The position numbers were made by a program, and so were the translations under genes. Source: Octopus sinensis (taxonomy: Eukaryota). From it: a stretch of 36,176 nt of DNA. Of this stretch, positions 31,381 to 36,176 are shown in pieces; the stretch's first letter is position 1, and each line of letters starts with the position of its first letter. The notes below the pieces were generated by a model, which had not been told where the DNA came from, made no database searches, and saw nothing but the letters and a program-made list of their open reading frames with translations. Location of the stretch: the NCBI RefSeq assembly GCF_006345805.1, contig NW_021833163.1, positions 1-36,176 of the forward strand, written 5' to 3'.

Positions 31381-32039
31381 CCAAAACTTTTAAAGATTCC
31401 ATTAACAGCCTCCATCATTTTAACTGTTTACTTGTTGACTATGCTCTTCACAATGTTGACGATCCAATGTGGTATTCCAGAGCAATTTAATACGTGACTG
31501 AACAGTTTTTACCAAAGAAGTCATAATTAAGTTGTGAAATTTCTATATTTAAATTTATACTGCCAGTATAGAATATGAAAACGACAAGACTGCTAATACA
31601 ATTGCACTCATCGAAAGTGAAGTCACTTCATAAAATTGCCTAAATCAGGTCAAAGTAGATAAGTTCCACAAATATGATATGTCGGTAAATGAAATACAGG
31701 CAATTCATTTCCTTCTAGCCAATTCACTTGATTCCTCAAACTTCCTTCCTGTTTATCAAATGTGTTCTAACTATGCTGAATGTTCATCTACATTAAAATA
31801 AATACAATATAGTTTTAAATTATGTGACCGATAATAAACTAGTGTAAACACACAAAATATAAACTGTCTAAACTAAGCTTCAAATTCGTGGTAAATAAAA
31901 CAAAAATATATCATGTAAAATTTTTACAGTTAATATTTGAAGGGAATATAAAAAATCCAGCATTCAGATCCAAACCATTTTCTGGCTATCTCCAGTTTTA
32001 CTTAACGCCTTATAAAGCCGACTATCTTCGAAACCCTTG

Positions 32040-32190
32040 TGAGGACGACGGGATCTGTTTCCATTTTAAAAAATTCTGACAACAGCCCAGACCCTTGGAT
32101 GCTCACCAATAAAAAGATGGTTCGAATCCCTGGCTGAACACAGAGAAAACATGCGTAGATTGATTGGGAATGTCGGGATCAACTAATTAA
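32040..32190 (+). pseudogene. LINE ORF2 extreme C-terminus, related to the copy ending at 5758
   Basis: ESLAEHRENMRRLIGNVGIN* vs GSLSKHREKMARLLRSVGIT*. Confidence 0.5.
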
Positions 32191-33074
32191 TTTTCTTTTC
32201 TTGCCTTGACAATGTTTTTATTTAAATAAATAAGCCATTTTCTGTGAAGTGAAATTTAATCATTTTAAGAACTTCCATTTTAATTTCCGATTATCTAAAG
32301 ATTCTTCCAATTAACAAAATAGCATTGATACTATACGATCATGCGGAAATTTATTCCACAAGAAATGCCATTTTCTTAAAACAGCTCGAATAGATTCTTG
32401 TGGAACAAGACCTTCGTGAGAGGTTCGATGGTATATAATACGGAGGGATAATCAAGAAGATGATACAAGTAAAAAATAACATTTTCAGTCGATGAATACA
32501 AATTTTGTAATTAGATTAGATTAATAAATTTAAAATATCGGAATTTAAAAGAATCATTCCGATATTTAAAATCAGTCATATACAAAACTTGAATAATCGA
32601 ATAAATATCAATAAAATTGAATATAAATACATTATCAATATAAATATAAAACAAAACAAAAAACCACAACACACAATGACAACAAAAAAAACAGGAAATA
32701 ATCTTTATTAAAATAGGGTTATCCATTAAAAATATATATTAATTTTAATTATATAATTATTTTAATTATAATATTTATTTTTTTTCTTTAGATGGTGATG
32801 TCCCCCCTGAAATTGCCGTGATTCAATTTTACATAAACTATTCAATCAAATAGACTAAATTCTCAATCATATGGAAGACTGAGACAAATAGTGACTACAA
32901 GCTAGAAACTGAACATGGAAACGCATATTTGAAGGATCCTAACCCTGGCACAACCCGATAACAATACTCCTTCTCTTTAGGATCTTTCTGGAGATAAGCA
33001 AGTCCTTCGACATACTTTCCTGCACTAATTCTCCTTAGAAGGACAGCCATTTAGATTCTTCAATTTAAAACAAA

Positions 33075-33735
33075 ACCTAATCTCCTCATCAAAAACAAAA
33101 TGATCGACGACAGAATTGGGAATATGAATAGACGTCTCAATTCAATAATAAGGAACAATCACGTCAATAGCATTTCTACGGAGACTAATCACATATGCCG
33201 AAACATCCCGAGGCTTCCCTATAAAAGTCAGCTTTTCTTCCCAACTTAGTCCTGTAGTTTATATGTTGGCAGGTTTCCTATATTAAAAAATCACTATTCC
33301 TCACAATAATTTCCCGCCTGTCCAAAAGCCCGGGAGTCGATTTATCCTTACCTATGGAGACAGCTTAAAGTCGATGAACCATAAGATCTGGATATCTACG
33401 GAATCACGAAAACTCGTTACCTCCGTATGGGGGACGTAAAATGAGTATAAACAGGTGTTGTTAGCACATAATAAAAATAATCTTCTGGAGGAAGTGATCC
33501 AAAAAAGCAGTAGTGTGACTGGAGAAAAAACCGTGGTGTGATTAGACGGAGAAGAGTGTTAAAATAGGAATTTCCATTTACCACCGCGTTTTCTAGAGAC
33601 CGAGACAGTTCACGACCGTTGCTGGAATCCACGGAAAACCCCTAGAAATATCATTTTGCGACATTACATGCACTGCAGCTATTCTAGAAGGTGGTTTACG
33701 GTGGTTTCTGATGACTGCAGATTTTAGAAAGTTGA
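33075..33735 (-). pseudogene. DIS3: DIS3/RRP44 exoribonuclease 3' fragment (RNB end + S1 start) with introns and in-frame stops
   Basis: YFNTLLRL..PVYTHFTSPIRR|YPDLMVHRL*AVSIG..SAYVISLRRNAIDVIVPYY*IE. Introns 33642-33667 (26), 33396-33420 (25), 33278-33304 (27). Stops at 33365-33367 and 33142-33144. Confidence 0.85.
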
Positions 33736-33749
33736 TACTAACCCGATAA

Positions 33750-34600
33750 TAATGGGGCAGTTAAGAGGACCCGTTGATGTTATTGAAGATTTGTTTTCAA
33801 TTTCTCGATCTTTAAAGATGTCATGAAAAGACTATGTTCGCCTTTTCAATAATACTCAATATTCATCGTCCATGTTTGTCGTGAATATCAATATTCCCTG
33901 GCCGTTTCTTTTTGCTAATAATCCGAATCGCTTTGAACATTTTGGATCCGTTCTTATATTCATTGATTTCTTTGACTTGTTTCTCCATTTCTCTTTTCAC
34001 TTAATATTTTTAAAGTTTTTGATTTTTGTTAAAATAGAGTTACAACGTATTCTTAGCTTTTTTTTTAGACTCGGTATATATGAATTATTGATTCTAATAC
34101 TCAAATTCTTTTGTTTTGAAGATAAGTATGATATTTTATCGTTGTTATATTTTAATTTGTTTTTGCGATTAGTCTCTAAAACTAACGACGCAGAATTGCA
34201 ACTCCAACATCATTCCACAAATCAAGTGCATTATTGTTTGTATTTGTATTCCTTAATTTCTTACTTAGTTTTTCGCCTACTCTTCAATCTTTATTTCATT
34301 GGTTATTAGAGTTTCTGTATCCAATCTTTCGAATTCTTTTTTTCCATATCTTTCAAGTTTGTACAAACTTCCCAGTTTGGAACAACTCTGTTATTTCTAT
34401 TTGCTCCAATCACCAATTTGTGATCACTCGGTGATGAGATTGTAAGGTCACTCGGCCTGTGCAACCTGATTTGTCTAATTAAATGTATTTAATTATGCTA
34501 ATATTTAAGGAATAAATTGATTGAATAACTTATAAATTCTTTTCTGACTAACCTACTGACTGTGTCTTTTAATTCTGTGCCCTGTGAATATTTCCGTCTC
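33750..34600 (-). pseudogene. Decayed LINE (APE end and linker)
   Basis: SPSDHKLVI; KMFKAIRII..IHDKHGR. A-rich coding-type minus strand with many stops. Confidence 0.4.
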
Positions 34601-35876
34601 TCATTCTTTACTAGAAGTGAATATGCCGAGTTTAAGAAGTTCTTGTATGTTCGGTTTATGCTAAGATATTCGATTATTATATTTCATCAACGTATTAGAT
34701 TACCCAATTGTGTGCATTTTGTACTTATCATCAAGTCGAGTTTTGTTCTGGAGACTCACTCTTTAGAACCTCAAAAGCTGCTATTCTCAAAAAGATTAAA
34801 CCTTAATTTGCAGGAATTTTTATAATTTTATTTTTGACTTTGTCCTTTTGATTTTCTTCACTTTTTCGATCTCACTCGACATCAGTTCCTAAAATTGAAA
34901 TTGAGAAAGAACAGTTATAATGCTTTTAGATCTAAAATATTACAGTGACTCAGATCTTAGAAAAAATCGTGTAACAATTAAAAAGATCATAGATGAGATC
35001 AAACATTTTGGGCAAAATCTTATCGAAACAGTTCTTGAACATGACGGAGCAGAGTTTGTTGGCTTCCAAGTAGGTAAGTTTCATCCGATCTTTGTTCTTT
35101 GTTATATCATTGGGATTGATAGGAAAAGATTGCCCGTTCTTTGTCTTCCCCAAGTCTACATTAATCCCATTCTATCTAATCCCTAACAAGAGATCATTTC
35201 CCATAGTGTGGGGTACCTATCCATTCCAGGGATTATTTCTTCAGACAATTGATGTTGAGTATATAGTCATTAATGGAAATGTTCATAAAGAAACAGCCAC
35301 TTATTAGTGTGTACAAATTATCATGCATGAAAATGATTAACTGAATGAAAAATTATACATCGATCGCATTCATATTAAGCGGAAGAAGAAAATTAAAAAG
35401 TACAACAACCCTCATAAGTAGGTAAGATCTAAAGAGCATATTGACTTATCGATCGTGAAGCCGATCTAAAGAAATATCTTTACATCAGGTTTAATTTCTT
35501 GTGCAAAATCAAATTTTTATTTAAATTGGGATTTAACTCTGTAATTAGCGTACGAAAAAGCTGTTTCTTATCTCGTTTCTACAACTTAATTATTTTTGCT
35601 AATGTAAAAAATATATTCGAAAAACCTCACAGTTTGAATTTGCGTGCGACCAACGATCGGTTAATCTGTGGGCCCTTTATTGGACCTCCTCAATTCCCCT
35701 CCTAAAAATTTATTCATTTGTTGGTATTTATTATACTTTATAATTCATAAAAATTATAAAATTTAATTGACGTATTAACAATCAATTATTTTCAATGTGT
35801 TACACGTTTCTGTTATATGTTTTTTTTGTGGTCCTTTTATGGAATTTTGTATTAATAAAAATTGAATATTTACATA

Positions 35877-36026
35877 TTCTTTATTCATTATTATGAACAT
35901 ATTTTCATTTTATTTTTCTATTTGCTGTTTATTTCTCATTATTCATTATTAGTATGTTTATTGGTTTCTCAAGTCTTTTCTTATACCAAGGAAGTCGATT
36001 TGAAGGCATTTATAAATACTGATAAA
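35877..36026 (+). repeat. Dispersed copy of 15455-15601
   Basis: Near-identical ~150 bp ending GATTTGAAGGCATTTATAAATACTGATAAA. Confidence 0.9.
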
Positions 36027-36176
36027 CATTATTAACAGTGATTAGTGGATTTTCTTATTTGGTTTTTATATAGACACTATTGATGGATATAAACTGTTGA
36101 TTTTCATTTTTTTAAAATAACTAATCTATACGTGGCTGATCACATTTGAGGGAGTAAAATCAATTTTGATCAAATC

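Noticed and set aside
33872-34434. Hydrophobic plus-strand ORFs resembling membrane proteins
   Set aside because: T-rich antisense of a decayed A-rich LINE.
34920-35310. Overlapping ORFs on both strands
   Set aside because: No recognisable motif or consistent splice model; possibly decayed RT, left uncalled.
1-36176. tRNA, rRNA or snRNA genes
   Set aside because: None recognised by eye; tRNAscan-SE/Infernal would be needed to exclude them.

Overview
AT-rich eukaryotic nuclear DNA from a ciliated animal whose spliceosomal introns are mostly 21-28 nt. An ELF-type ETS gene plus NIPBL, CABCOCO1 and DRC3 indicates a metazoan with motile cilia using the standard code; a dicyemid mesozoan is my best inference, not proven. 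Compact gene islands sit among nested transposon remains. Recognisable genes are CD2BP2 (-) head-to-head with DRC3 (+), an ELF/E74-like ETS factor (-), a strongly shortened NIPBL (-) head-to-head with a CABCOCO1-like gene (+), a decayed intron-bearing DIS3 fragment (-), and 2-3 possible orphan genes. Mobile DNA includes two Helitrons (one encoding an array of 23-aa STPR-like repeats), an unassigned 607-bp TIR element, several hAT pieces, a near-complete IR/DR Tc1 nested in a LINE endonuclease, a second Tc1 remnant, a Tigger/pogo derivative, and APE-type, CRE-type and R4-type non-LTR retroelements. Recurrent single-base deletions in homopolymer runs suggest uncorrected long-read error, so frameshifts alone do not show pseudogenisation. 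Family calls come from my recall of protein motifs; no database search was run.
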